NCBI GenBank assembly: GCA_963698275.1
Contig: CAVOQE010000006.1
Coordinates: 79,682-143,681, forward strand
Direction of reading: 5' to 3'
DNA length: 64,000 nt
From: an uncultured Alphaproteobacteria bacterium
Lineage (GTDB): Bacteria; Pseudomonadota; Alphaproteobacteria; Rhizobiales; Aestuariivirgaceae
Shown: piece after piece, positions 46,721-56,105 of the stretch
How the letters are laid out: each line of letters starts with the position of its first letter
Numbering within the stretch: position 1 is the first letter of the stretch
Made by a program: the position numbers and the translations under genes
The notes under the pieces: model-generated
What the model was told of the DNA's origin: nothing
The model's database searches: none
Seen by the model: the letters and a program-made list of their open reading frames with translations, nothing else

Positions 46721-47338
46721 ATGGTTACCGGTACCAAAACCACTGAACGCCGACACAAATTGCGCCTTGAGTTGATCGATGCCGGCGAAACAATACTGGC
46801 CACACGGGGGCTGAACGCGCTGACGGCGCGCGCAGTGGCATCAGCGGTCGGCTGCTCTGTCGGCGCCATCTACAATGTGTTTGATGACATTGACGGCCTG
46901 ATTATCGCGGTCAACTCCAGAACCCTTGCCAAGCTCGACCAGAAGATCAGCCGCTTTGTGCCCGGTGGCGCATGCGGGCAGGAACCGGAAGACTGCCTGA
47001 CCGGCCTGGCTGTCGCTTATTGCCAGTTTGCCATTGAACATACCAGTGCCTGGTCCGCCCTGTTCGAACACGGCGAACGCATCAGCCGCCAGATTCCCGA
47101 CTGGCACATGGACGAGCATGTGCACCTGGTCGGCCACATCGTGAAGTCCCTGCGGCAGTTGCAGCCCACCATCTCTGACGACGAAAACTGGCAACTTGCC
47201 GGGTTGTTGTTTTCCGCTGTGCACGGTGTGGTGTCGCTTGGCCTGCAGGGGTTTTTCTTCGCCGTGCCGCAACGCAAACTGGAAGCCCAGGTCGCCCTGC
47301 TGGTGCGGGCAACGCTGGCCGGATTGAAGCCGAACTAA
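46721..47338 (+). CDS. TetR-family transcriptional regulator
   Basis: HTH LTARAVASAVGCSVGAIYNVFDDIDGLI, with a helical C-terminal domain. Confidence 0.85.
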   Translation: MVTGTKTTERRHKLRLELIDAGETILATRGLNALTARAVASAVGCSVGAIYNVFDDIDGLIIAVNSRTLAKLDQKISRFVPGGACGQEPEDCLTGLAVAYCQFAIEHTSAWSALFEHGERISRQIPDWHMDEHVHLVGHIVKSLRQLQPTISDDENWQLAGLLFSAVHGVVSLGLQGFFFAVPQRKLEAQVALLVRATLAGLKPN

Positions 47339-48228
47339 GCGGTCTTTTCCGTATTGCCATAAATGTCGATGAGCACGGCGGCGACGATGATCATCCCGCC
47401 GATCACCGACAGGGTTGTCATCGAGGTTCCGATCAATGCCCAGGCGCTGATTGTTGCAACGACGATCTCGGTCATGGTCAGCAATGCAGCCCTGGTTGCA
47501 GGTACCAGCCGCGCACCCCATAACTGGCCGATCATCGATGGCCACAAGGCAACAACACCAAACGCCACCACAGCCAGTGCCAGCACAGGCGTAAGCGCGC
47601 CTTCTGAAAACTCTACGCTGCCGATCAGCACGGCTGCCAGCGCTGAAAACACGGCGCCGAAGAAGATTGCCGATGCGACATTCCAGTGCGGATCGACCTC
47701 AGCACGGCCGCGCACCAAAGACAGCGTCGACCCCCAGAAGAATCCCGCCACCAGGCCCGCCCAGTCACCGGCATTGCGCGGCACCGGCAACCCGCCATCG
47801 CCGCCCAGCAACAGCCACAAGCCGGCAAAGGCCAGCAGAATGGCAAACGCCCGCCATGGATTGAGCCGGATGCCAAACACCACCCGGTCAATCAGGGTGG
47901 CCCAGATCGGCAGCATGTAAAACAGGAAGATTGCCCTGATGACGTCGGTGGAAACCACTGCATAGAAGTAGCAGACCTCGGAAATACCAATCCCGGTGCC
48001 GACAAGCACTACCCAGCGGGCATGGTCCGCGCGCCATTTGCCCCATTTTGATGCCGCAAGCAAGGCAATCGGCAATCCGGCGCCCAGAACCAGGGCAGCC
48101 GACCAGAACGCACCGAAACCGGCATCAGACAGGTAGCGCAGCGGAATCCAGAACAGCCCCCACAGACCGGCACCAACCGCGATGGCCAACGCACCGCGAA
48201 GTTGCGGGGAGAAAAATGAATGTGTCAT
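47335..48228 (-). CDS. EamA/DMT-family transporter
   Basis: About 10 TM helices and two EamA-like halves. Stop codons overlap convergently with the TetR gene. Confidence 0.75.
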   Translation of the reverse strand: MTHSFFSPQLRGALAIAVGAGLWGLFWIPLRYLSDAGFGAFWSAALVLGAGLPIALLAASKWGKWRADHARWVVLVGTGIGISEVCYFYAVVSTDVIRAIFLFYMLPIWATLIDRVVFGIRLNPWRAFAILLAFAGLWLLLGGDGGLPVPRNAGDWAGLVAGFFWGSTLSLVRGRAEVDPHWNVASAIFFGAVFSALAAVLIGSVEFSEGALTPVLALAVVAFGVVALWPSMIGQLWGARLVPATRAALLTMTEIVVATISAWALIGTSMTTLSVIGGMIIVAAVLIDIYGNTEKTA

Positions 48229-48283
48229 CGCCGATATCTATCTTTGCCGGTCACCGCAGGCAAGCGAACAATAAAATTTGCAT

Positions 48284-49084
48284 CTACCTGATCTTGCCAA
48301 AGTGGCCATGACGGCCCTTGCCAGCGCTGAAATGCCCAGCCCCCTGCAAACCACCGGCAGCCAGTTCCGGGCGCCCATTGTGCCATTCGCGAACCAGTGC
48401 ATCACGCACACCGAGGCCATGCTGGGCAATTACCGAGCGCCGGTCGGCACGCACGCAACTCTGCGGGAACCGCGCAATGTCATGAGCCAGTTGTTCGGCC
48501 TTGTCCCGGGCGCAGCCATCGTCCACCACATACTCGCACAGCCCTATACGTTCACATTCCTGCGCTGTCACCTGTCGGCCCGTCAGCACGATGTCCATGG
48601 CGCGCCCCTCGCCTACCAGGCGCGGCAGGCGCACCGTTCCACCGTCAATGAGCGGTATGCCCCAGCGCCGGCAGTAGACCCCCATATACGCAGACTGCTC
48701 CATCACCCGCATGTCGGCCCACATTGCCAGTTCCATGCCGCCGGCAACGGCAGGACCGGCAATCGCGGCGATCACCGGCTTGTCGAGTTCGAGACGCGAC
48801 GGCCCCATGGGGCCACGCGGATCAGCCTCAGGCGTGTCGGCAAAATCCAGTTCGACCAGCGGGTCATCGCTTTCCAGGGCGGCCGCGAATTTCAAATCCC
48901 AGCCGGCGCAAAACGCCCCGCCCTCACCCCAGAACACGGCAACCGAAGCTGCATCATCCCGATCAAATTCAAGGAAGGCGTCCTGAAGAGCATCTGCGCT
49001 TTCGGGATCCATGGCATTGCGTGCCTGTGGCCTCGAATGAATGATCGTCCAGACCGCATCGGACTTTTCAATACGAACCGACAT
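48284..49084 (-). CDS. Enoyl-CoA hydratase/isomerase family protein
   Basis: Motifs FWGEGGAFCAGWDLK and AIAGPAVAGGMELAMWAD. ATG 49084 chosen. Confidence 0.8.
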   Translation of the reverse strand: MSVRIEKSDAVWTIIHSRPQARNAMDPESADALQDAFLEFDRDDAASVAVFWGEGGAFCAGWDLKFAAALESDDPLVELDFADTPEADPRGPMGPSRLELDKPVIAAIAGPAVAGGMELAMWADMRVMEQSAYMGVYCRRWGIPLIDGGTVRLPRLVGEGRAMDIVLTGRQVTAQECERIGLCEYVVDDGCARDKAEQLAHDIARFPQSCVRADRRSVIAQHGLGVRDALVREWHNGRPELAAGGLQGAGHFSAGKGRHGHFGKIR

Positions 49085-49095
49085 GAGATCACCTT

Positions 49096-49548
49096 TCATT
49101 GTACTAAGGAGTTGCGAACGCCCTTGCGCACTGGTGCCTTGCCGGCACTGGTCGACCCCCCATAGCGGGGCAGTTGATCGTGCACTTCAAACCACGGCAA
49201 TTGCTCGTCACTGTATACATGGTAAGCCGGTTCGACGATGACGTCCGGTTCAAGCGATGCTGCATACAGATCGATAAAACCGGGATGTACAGGTCCCTCA
49301 TAGGATAGCGGTGACCCGCAAGTGCCGCAAAATCCGCGCCTGACACCAGGTGATGAGATGAAATATTTCGGCTCACCCTGTGTAAAACGCATTTTGTCCG
49401 TCGGCACGGTGATCCAGGTGGTGACCGGAGAAGACGCCGCCCGCCTGCAACTCTCGCAGTGGCAATGAAATGCCTGGCCTACTTCCTGGTCGAATTCAAA
49501 GCGCACCGCGCGGCACAGGCAGTGTCCTTTGGCCTGTCCGGTCATCAA
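49096..49548 (-). CDS. GFA-family (glutathione-dependent formaldehyde-activating / CENP-V-like) zinc protein
   Basis: Cys clusters GHCLCRAVRF, HCHCESCRR and FCGTCGS. Confidence 0.75.
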   Translation of the reverse strand: MMTGQAKGHCLCRAVRFEFDQEVGQAFHCHCESCRRAASSPVTTWITVPTDKMRFTQGEPKYFISSPGVRRGFCGTCGSPLSYEGPVHPGFIDLYAASLEPDVIVEPAYHVYSDEQLPWFEVHDQLPRYGGSTSAGKAPVRKGVRNSLVQ

Positions 49549-50435
49549 TCGACACCAAACACGGAAGCGCGGCCATCCAGCGAAATGACCGGATCATACA
49601 GTTCCGGACGGCGATCCCGGAAAATCCCCCAATAAGCGCGCTTCTCGGCCAGGTCATCCAGATCAAATGTGTGGGTCAACACCGTCTCGTCGGTGCGGTT
49701 GGCTTCAGCGACTTTCTCACCGGTAAAATCGGCAATGAACGACGAGCCGTAAAACGTCATTTCGGTGCCATTGCGACCGGGCTCGGTGCCGATCCGGTTG
49801 GATGCCACCAGCGGCATCAGATTGGCGCCGGCATGGCCCTGCTGTACCCGTTGCCAGTGCGCTGCGGAGTCCCATGAAGGATCCAGCAACTCAGATCCGA
49901 TCGCGGTCGGGAAAAACAGCATCTCTGCCCCCATCACCGCCATGGATCGCGCTGTTTCAGGAAACCACTGATCCCAGCATATGCCGACACCGATCCGACC
50001 GAACAGTGTTTCCCAGACCTTGAAGCCGGTATCGCCTGGAGAGAAATAGTACTTTTCCTGATAGCCTGAACCGTGCGGAATATGGGACTTGCGGTAAATG
50101 CCCAGGTCGGTTCCGTCCGCATCGATGATGGCTATGGAATTGAACCGTGCATTGCCGGCCTCTTCATAGAAGGACACCGGCAGCACAACGCCGAGTTCCC
50201 TGGCGAGGCCCTTGAAATGCTCAATTGTGGGGTGCGCCTTGGCCGGCAACGCGCGGGCGTAGAATTCCGGCAACTCGTCCTGGCAGAAATAGTATCCTTC
50301 AAACAGTTCCTGCAACAGGACGACATTGGCCCCTTTGCTGGCAGCATCGCGAACCAGCTTCTCGCCGCGCTCGACATTTTCCGATGTAACGTCGGAGCAA
50401 GCCATCTGTGTGGCCGCGATTGTTACATTACGCAT
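49545..50435 (-). CDS. aguB: N-carbamoylputrescine amidase
   Basis: C-N hydrolase triad contexts LQELFE, YRKSHIP and GVGICWDQWFPE. Sits immediately downstream of agmatine deiminase. Confidence 0.8.
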   Translation of the reverse strand: MRNVTIAATQMACSDVTSENVERGEKLVRDAASKGANVVLLQELFEGYYFCQDELPEFYARALPAKAHPTIEHFKGLARELGVVLPVSFYEEAGNARFNSIAIIDADGTDLGIYRKSHIPHGSGYQEKYYFSPGDTGFKVWETLFGRIGVGICWDQWFPETARSMAVMGAEMLFFPTAIGSELLDPSWDSAAHWQRVQQGHAGANLMPLVASNRIGTEPGRNGTEMTFYGSSFIADFTGEKVAEANRTDETVLTHTFDLDDLAEKRAYWGIFRDRRPELYDPVISLDGRASVFGVD

Positions 50436-50441
50436 ATGACA

Positions 50442-51473
50442 TTATCCTCCATTGGCCGCACACAGCGGTTCCTGCTGGGTGATGCAATGTACGCCGCCCC
50501 CGCCCTTGAAAATATCCACCGCAGGCACAGACACAACCTCGCGGTCATTGAACAGCCGCCGGAAAACGCCGGCCACCGCTTCATCCTGCGGATCGTCGAA
50601 TTCACACAGAACGACACCGCCGTTCACAAAGGAAAAATTCACATAGGAACAGGACAAGGGCTCACCATGATCATAGCGCTCCTTTGGCGCCTCAAGCACA
50701 ATCACTTCCAGGGGGCGGCCACGCGCATCGGTTTCAGCCCGCATGATGGCCTCGATCTCCCTGGCGGTTTCATGATCAGGATGGTCCGGGTCCGGCTGGC
50801 CGTGCACGACCACCACGCCAGGTTTGACGAAGCAGGCCAGCGTATCAACGTGGCCGTCGGTTCCGGATTCTGTCGTGTCAGCCTCAAGGCCGCGCGGCAC
50901 CCAGATTGCCTTGCTGGTGCCGAGCTTGGCGTGCATTTCAGCTTCGACTTCCTGGCGTGTCCAGTTCGGGTTGCGGTTGCGGTTCAACTGGACAGTTTCG
51001 GTGAGCAGCAAGGTGCCTTCACCATCAACATGGATGCCACCACCTTCATTCACCAGCACTGACCGGAGTCTCTCGGCGCCGGCCTGTTCGGCAACGAATC
51101 TGGCAACAAGCGCATCTGCCGAGCCTTCAGGAAAAGTGCGGCCGCCCCAGCCGTTGAAGGTCCAGTCAACAGCGCCAAGTGCACCTTGCTCATTGACCAC
51201 GAATGTCGGACCACAGTCCCGCATCCAGCTGTCGCCGAGGTCGCGTTCAACAATTGTCACGCCGGCATCGAGATACTTTCGCGCCACCGCCTCTTGACCA
51301 GGATTGCAGACCATGGTGACCGGTTCGAACCGGGCGATTGTGTTGGCAGCACCTGCCCATGCCTTGTAGGCCGCCTCGTCAGAGCCCACCAATTCCAGCA
51401 CATACGGATTGCAGGGCCAGCCCATCCAGGTTCGTTTGTGCGGTGCCCATTCGGGCGGCATCATCCAGGTCAT
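50442..51473 (-). CDS. aguA: Agmatine deiminase
   Basis: N-terminus MPPEWAPHKRTWMGWP and C-terminal catalytic-Cys motif GGGVHCITQQEP. Confidence 0.85.
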   Translation of the reverse strand: MTWMMPPEWAPHKRTWMGWPCNPYVLELVGSDEAAYKAWAGAANTIARFEPVTMVCNPGQEAVARKYLDAGVTIVERDLGDSWMRDCGPTFVVNEQGALGAVDWTFNGWGGRTFPEGSADALVARFVAEQAGAERLRSVLVNEGGGIHVDGEGTLLLTETVQLNRNRNPNWTRQEVEAEMHAKLGTSKAIWVPRGLEADTTESGTDGHVDTLACFVKPGVVVVHGQPDPDHPDHETAREIEAIMRAETDARGRPLEVIVLEAPKERYDHGEPLSCSYVNFSFVNGGVVLCEFDDPQDEAVAGVFRRLFNDREVVSVPAVDIFKGGGGVHCITQQEPLCAANGG

Positions 51474-51540
51474 GAACGCGCTCCTTGCCTGCTCGCATTA
51501 AACTTAGAGGCAGCGCTTACACTGCCACCTAACCGGAAGC

Positions 51541-52344
51541 TCAATCAAACAGAACATTCAACAATTTTGAAACCCCTTCCTTCAACACCGGCAAGTGTTG
51601 TTCGGCGGTTTCACGGCTCACGCGCACTGTCGGGGCATGATAGGCCAGTGCACCGAAATACCGGTCACCCTGCAGGTAAATCGGCACGGCAACAGCAATC
51701 ATTCCATCCATGAACTCTTCATTGTCCACCGAATGACCCTGCCTGGCCACCTTGTCCAGTTCGGCCAACAGGCCACTGACACTGGTGTGGGTATTGCCGG
51801 TATGAGGTTCGAGTTTGAGCATTTCCACAAACTGGGTCCGGCGTTGCGGCGGCAGGCTGGCCAGGTAGGTCTTGCCGCTGGCGGTGCAGTGAAACGGCAC
51901 ATTGGTACCCACCGGCAACTGGATGCGGAACGGCCATTCCGTTTCGACCCTGTCGAGATAGCGCATGCCGGCGTCTTCCGGCACCACCAGATTGACAGTC
52001 TCATTGACCTTGCGCGCCACGTCCTGCAGGGCCTGGTGGCGGGCAATTGACGTGTCACTGGTGGACAAAAGCCCGGCAGCCATGCGTCTTAACCTGCGTG
52101 CAGGCCGCAAGCGACGCGGATCAGAGTCGCGCGTCAGGTATCCTTCGGCCAGCAAGGTCTGACAAAGCCGGTGGATGGACGGTTTCGGCAAGCCCAGTTG
52201 CCGATTGATCTCGCTTGGTGTCATTGGCTTGCCGGCATCAGCGACAATCTCGGCAATCATCAACAGACGCAGATTTGTCGGCACCCTGTCAGTGTCGTCC
52301 GCCGTCTTTGAAGCTGCTTCAACAATCATGTGGTCTTCTCCCAT
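51541..52344 (-). CDS. IclR-family transcriptional regulator
   Basis: HTH PSEINRQLGLPKPSIHRLCQTLLAEGYL plus an IclR effector domain. Divergent from the GMC oxidoreductase gene. Confidence 0.8.
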   Translation of the reverse strand: MGEDHMIVEAASKTADDTDRVPTNLRLLMIAEIVADAGKPMTPSEINRQLGLPKPSIHRLCQTLLAEGYLTRDSDPRRLRPARRLRRMAAGLLSTSDTSIARHQALQDVARKVNETVNLVVPEDAGMRYLDRVETEWPFRIQLPVGTNVPFHCTASGKTYLASLPPQRRTQFVEMLKLEPHTGNTHTSVSGLLAELDKVARQGHSVDNEEFMDGMIAVAVPIYLQGDRYFGALAYHAPTVRVSRETAEQHLPVLKEGVSKLLNVLFD

Positions 52345-52458
52345 GTTCGCTATGCCCGGTTGTTCCGGAGAATTTTGATTAACTAATCGTAATTTTTGCT
52401 TGCGATGAGGTCACATTAATGATCTTATCTCAAAAAACAATAATAAAAGTCTCATTTT

Positions 52459-54081
52459 TTGAATTTTGGGGAGTCGGCGTTGGAATTTGACTACGTGATC
52501 GTCGGGGCAGGTTCGGCGGGCTGCGCAATTGCTGCACGCCTGTCAGAAAACCCCTCTGTCAGCGTGGCTCTGATCGAGGCTGGCGGACGTGACAGCTCAC
52601 CGTGGATTCATATTCCGGTCGGGTATTTCAAGACGATCCAGAACCCGGCCCTCAACTGGATGTACCGGACAGCATCTGACCCCGGCCTCAATGGCCGCAA
52701 GTTGAACTGGCCGAGGGGCAAAACACTTGGCGGCTCAAGCTCTATCAACGGCCTGCTCTATGTGCGCGGCCAGGCCCAGGACTATGACCACTGGCGTCAA
52801 CTGGGCAATGCCGGCTGGGCATGGGAAGATGTCCTTCCCCTGTTCAAGCGCGCTGAAAACTGGGAAGACGGCGAGACCGAGCTGCGTGGTGGCGATGGCC
52901 CGCTTTCGGTCACCCACTCGCGCAAGTCCTGGAAGATCGTCGATGCATGGGTCAAAGCTGCGCAGAACGCAGGTTTTCCCTACAATGCCGACTATAACGG
53001 TGCTGATCAGTATGGGGTCGGATATTTCCAGCTGACCGCCCATGGCGGATTGCGCTGCTCATCGGCCAAGGCCTATCTGAAACCCATTCGCGATCGCAAG
53101 AACCTGGAAATCATCACCAATGTGATGACGGAGAAAGTTCTTTTTGACGGCAAGCGCGCCATCGGCGTGCAAGGTGCGCGTGGTGGACAGCCGATTGTCA
53201 TCAAGGCGCGCAGTGAGGTCGTCGTGTCTGCGGGCGCCATCGGATCACCGCAGATCCTGATGCTCTCCGGCATAGGGCCTTCCGAGCAATTGACCGGACA
53301 CGGTATCGACGTTCTGCATGCAAGCGCGGGTGTCGGCAAAAACCTGCAGGACCACCTGCAGGCACGCCCGGTTTACAAATGTTCATTTCCAACCATCAAC
53401 ACCCGCACCCGGGGTTTGTGGAACCAGGCCAGGATCGGCTTGGAGTATGCGATGAAACGCACCGGCCCCATGACCATGGCAGCCAGTCTCGGAACCGGAT
53501 ATCTGAAAACCAGGCCTGAACTTGAAACCCCGGATATCCAGTTTCACATCCAGCCGTTCAGCGCCGACAACCCGACCGAAGGCACTCACCGTTTCGACGC
53601 CTTCACAGCGTCTGTGCTGCAAATGCGACCGGAAAGTGCCGGTGAGCTGGTGCTCAAATCCAGTAACCCGAACGATCATCCGGACATCCACCCGAACTAT
53701 CTTGCGACGCAGCTTGACCAGGACACCATTGTCGAGGGCATCCGGATTGCACGTCACATTTGCCGGCAGCAACCGGTGGCCGATGTGATCACCGAAGAAC
53801 ACGCACCGGGCACCGCAATTGGAGATGATGACTATGATGCGCTGCTCAACTGGGCACGCGACACAGCCACCACCATCTACCACCCGACCGGCACCTGCAA
53901 AATGGGACCGGACTCGGACAAGATGGCGGTTGTGGATGAACGGCTGCGCGTCAAGGGCGTTTCGAACCTGCGTGTGGCGGACTGCTCGATCATGCCGCAA
54001 ATCGTATCCGGCAACACCAATGCACCAGCCATCATGATTGGCGAGCGCGCGAGCGACATTATCCGTGAGGACGCTCGCTGA
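52459..54081 (+). CDS. GMC-family FAD oxidoreductase (choline/alcohol dehydrogenase-like)
   Basis: Motifs DYVIVGAGSAGCAIAARLSE, GGSSSINGLLYVRG and the C-terminal HPTGTCKMG. TTG start as given by the track. Confidence 0.85.
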   Translation: MNFGESALEFDYVIVGAGSAGCAIAARLSENPSVSVALIEAGGRDSSPWIHIPVGYFKTIQNPALNWMYRTASDPGLNGRKLNWPRGKTLGGSSSINGLLYVRGQAQDYDHWRQLGNAGWAWEDVLPLFKRAENWEDGETELRGGDGPLSVTHSRKSWKIVDAWVKAAQNAGFPYNADYNGADQYGVGYFQLTAHGGLRCSSAKAYLKPIRDRKNLEIITNVMTEKVLFDGKRAIGVQGARGGQPIVIKARSEVVVSAGAIGSPQILMLSGIGPSEQLTGHGIDVLHASAGVGKNLQDHLQARPVYKCSFPTINTRTRGLWNQARIGLEYAMKRTGPMTMAASLGTGYLKTRPELETPDIQFHIQPFSADNPTEGTHRFDAFTASVLQMRPESAGELVLKSSNPNDHPDIHPNYLATQLDQDTIVEGIRIARHICRQQPVADVITEEHAPGTAIGDDDYDALLNWARDTATTIYHPTGTCKMGPDSDKMAVVDERLRVKGVSNLRVADCSIMPQIVSGNTNAPAIMIGERASDIIREDAR

Positions 54082-54722
54082 TGTGGGAAAACATCCTCGA
54101 TTTCAGCCAGATCGTTATCGCCGACATTATCCTGTCAGGCGACAATGCACTGATCATCGGCATGGCAGCGGCCGGGCTTGCGCCGGAACTGCGCAAGAAA
54201 GCCATTCTGTTCGGCATGATCATTGCCGCTGTGTTGCGTATCGTGTTTGCGATTGTCGCCACCAAACTGTTGGCCATCCCCGGCATCTTGTTCGTCGGTG
54301 CGTGTCTGTTGTTCTGGGTGTGCTGGCGGCTTTACCAGGACTTGCGCGAAAGTACCGAAGAACGTGCCCTTGACGCAATGGAATTGGCCGAAGATGAAAC
54401 TCAGGGTTATACCGGTCCGCCGCGGCGCACCATGATGTCCGCGCTGTTTTCCATCACCATCGCTGATGTTTCCATGTCGCTCGACAATGTGCTGGCCGTG
54501 GCCGCCATTGCTGATGGCGATACACAAAAGCTGGTGTTTGGTCTCGGTCTGGCTATCCTGCTTATGGCATTTGCCGCAACAATGATCATGAAACTGCTGA
54601 CAAAGTATCCCTGGATTTCATGGCTTGGCCTTGTCGTGCTGTTGTATGTTGCAAGTGAAATGATGTATCGCGGCCTGCTGGGTCCGTCGCATGGGGTTCT
54701 CAAATTGATGGGGATTGCGTGA
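54081..54722 (+). CDS. TerC/YjbE-family integral membrane protein
   Basis: Duplicated motifs SGDNALIIGMAA and SLDNVLAVAAIA. Its ATG overlaps the upstream stop (TGATG). Confidence 0.8.
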   Translation: MWENILDFSQIVIADIILSGDNALIIGMAAAGLAPELRKKAILFGMIIAAVLRIVFAIVATKLLAIPGILFVGACLLFWVCWRLYQDLRESTEERALDAMELAEDETQGYTGPPRRTMMSALFSITIADVSMSLDNVLAVAAIADGDTQKLVFGLGLAILLMAFAATMIMKLLTKYPWISWLGLVVLLYVASEMMYRGLLGPSHGVLKLMGIA

Positions 54723-54858
54723 TGTAAAGAATTACAGGCTGCAGTCCCTGTGGCAGTGACAAACTGCCTGAAGTTCCTGCACGCAGAATGCTGGCCGAAC
54801 TGGTTCTGGTCAGCAATGAATTGGAGTAGTTCCGAGAACGACAAAAGGGAGGAAAACC

Positions 54859-55977
54859 ATGTCGATTTTCAAAAAGATGGTACTGGCAACCGCCGGTATC
54901 GCCCTCATGGCAACAGTTGCGGCAGCCCCGCAGATTGCTGAAGCCAAAACCACTATCCGGGTTCAGTCGGTGATCTCAGCCAAGGCTGACGAAGTGGTAA
55001 TGCTGAAGGACTTCGCTAAAGATGTGTCGGACCTGACAAACGGCGAAGTTGTCATTGAAGTGCTTCCTGCCGGCGCCGTAGTCGGTGTCAAGGAAACCCT
55101 CGACGCGGTTGACAAGGGCCTGGTGGAAGGCGGATTTGCCTGGACCCATTACTGGTCAGGCAAGCACCCGGCAGCCATGCTGTTCGGCTCACCTGTTGCA
55201 GGCGCCGGTGTCGGTATCGACAACATTGCCTTCCTGTCCTGGTTCCAGTTTGGCGGTGGCAAGGAACTCTATGAAGAGCTTTGGAAAGAGATGGGCATGA
55301 ACGTCAAAGGCTTCATGCTGCAGCCTGTTGGCCCGGAAGCACTTGGCTGGTTCAAAGAGCCAATCAACTCCATGGCTGACTTCCGCAAGTATCGGTTCCG
55401 CACCCCTCCCGGCATTCCCGGCCAGACCTACAAGGACATTGGCGTTGCGTCAGTGGCCATGGGCGGCGGCGACATCCTGCCGGCACTGGAAAAAGGCACA
55501 ATTGACGCTGCCGAATGGTGCTGCCCGAAGCCTGACTCCGTGTTCGGTTTCCAGAAAGTGCTGAAGCACTACTATCTGCAGGGTCTCCACCAGGTTGTTG
55601 TGAACGCTGACCTGTACATCAATGGCGATGTCTACAACGGCCTCACCGACCTGCAGAAGAAAGCGCTGGAAGTTGCAGCCAATGCTTCGCTGTCAAAATC
55701 GATGTCTTACCGCATCTACGAAAACGGCAAGGCACTGAAGAAGCTCGTGGAAGAAGATGGCGTCATCCTGCATGACACACCAGCCGACTATTTCCCTGCT
55801 TACATGAACGCAGCCAAGGCAGCTCTCGAAAAGAACGCGGCTGAAAACCCGTTCTTTGCGAAGGTATGGCAGTCCCAGAAAGACTTTGCTGCAATCGCGG
55901 TACCTTACTGGGCCGGTTCGCAGGCATCCAACGCAGCTCTCGGCAAAGCCTTTGCCGACAGTGTAAAAAAGAAGTGA
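54859..55977 (+). CDS. TRAP transporter substrate-binding protein (DctP family)
   Basis: Signal peptide ...AAPQIAEA. The protein is DctP-like in length and layout (from memory of the family; no specific motif checked). GGGAGG SD present. Confidence 0.8.
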   Translation: MSIFKKMVLATAGIALMATVAAAPQIAEAKTTIRVQSVISAKADEVVMLKDFAKDVSDLTNGEVVIEVLPAGAVVGVKETLDAVDKGLVEGGFAWTHYWSGKHPAAMLFGSPVAGAGVGIDNIAFLSWFQFGGGKELYEELWKEMGMNVKGFMLQPVGPEALGWFKEPINSMADFRKYRFRTPPGIPGQTYKDIGVASVAMGGGDILPALEKGTIDAAEWCCPKPDSVFGFQKVLKHYYLQGLHQVVVNADLYINGDVYNGLTDLQKKALEVAANASLSKSMSYRIYENGKALKKLVEEDGVILHDTPADYFPAYMNAAKAALEKNAAENPFFAKVWQSQKDFAAIAVPYWAGSQASNAALGKAFADSVKKK

Positions 55978-56105
55978 TCCATCAATGGATCGGCGGGCAT
56001 CCGGCGTGATGCCCGCCAACTTCCTTGTTCATTCAGGCCGGGCGCAGAAACCAGCCGTTTCAAACAAGAATATCAACAAACTGGACCCTCTGGGAGGAGC
56101 GGCAG

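Noticed and set aside
54000-54100. Expected yybP-ykoY-type riboswitch ahead of the TerC-family gene
   Set aside because: There is no intergenic space, because the TerC ATG overlaps the stop of the GMC oxidoreductase gene.
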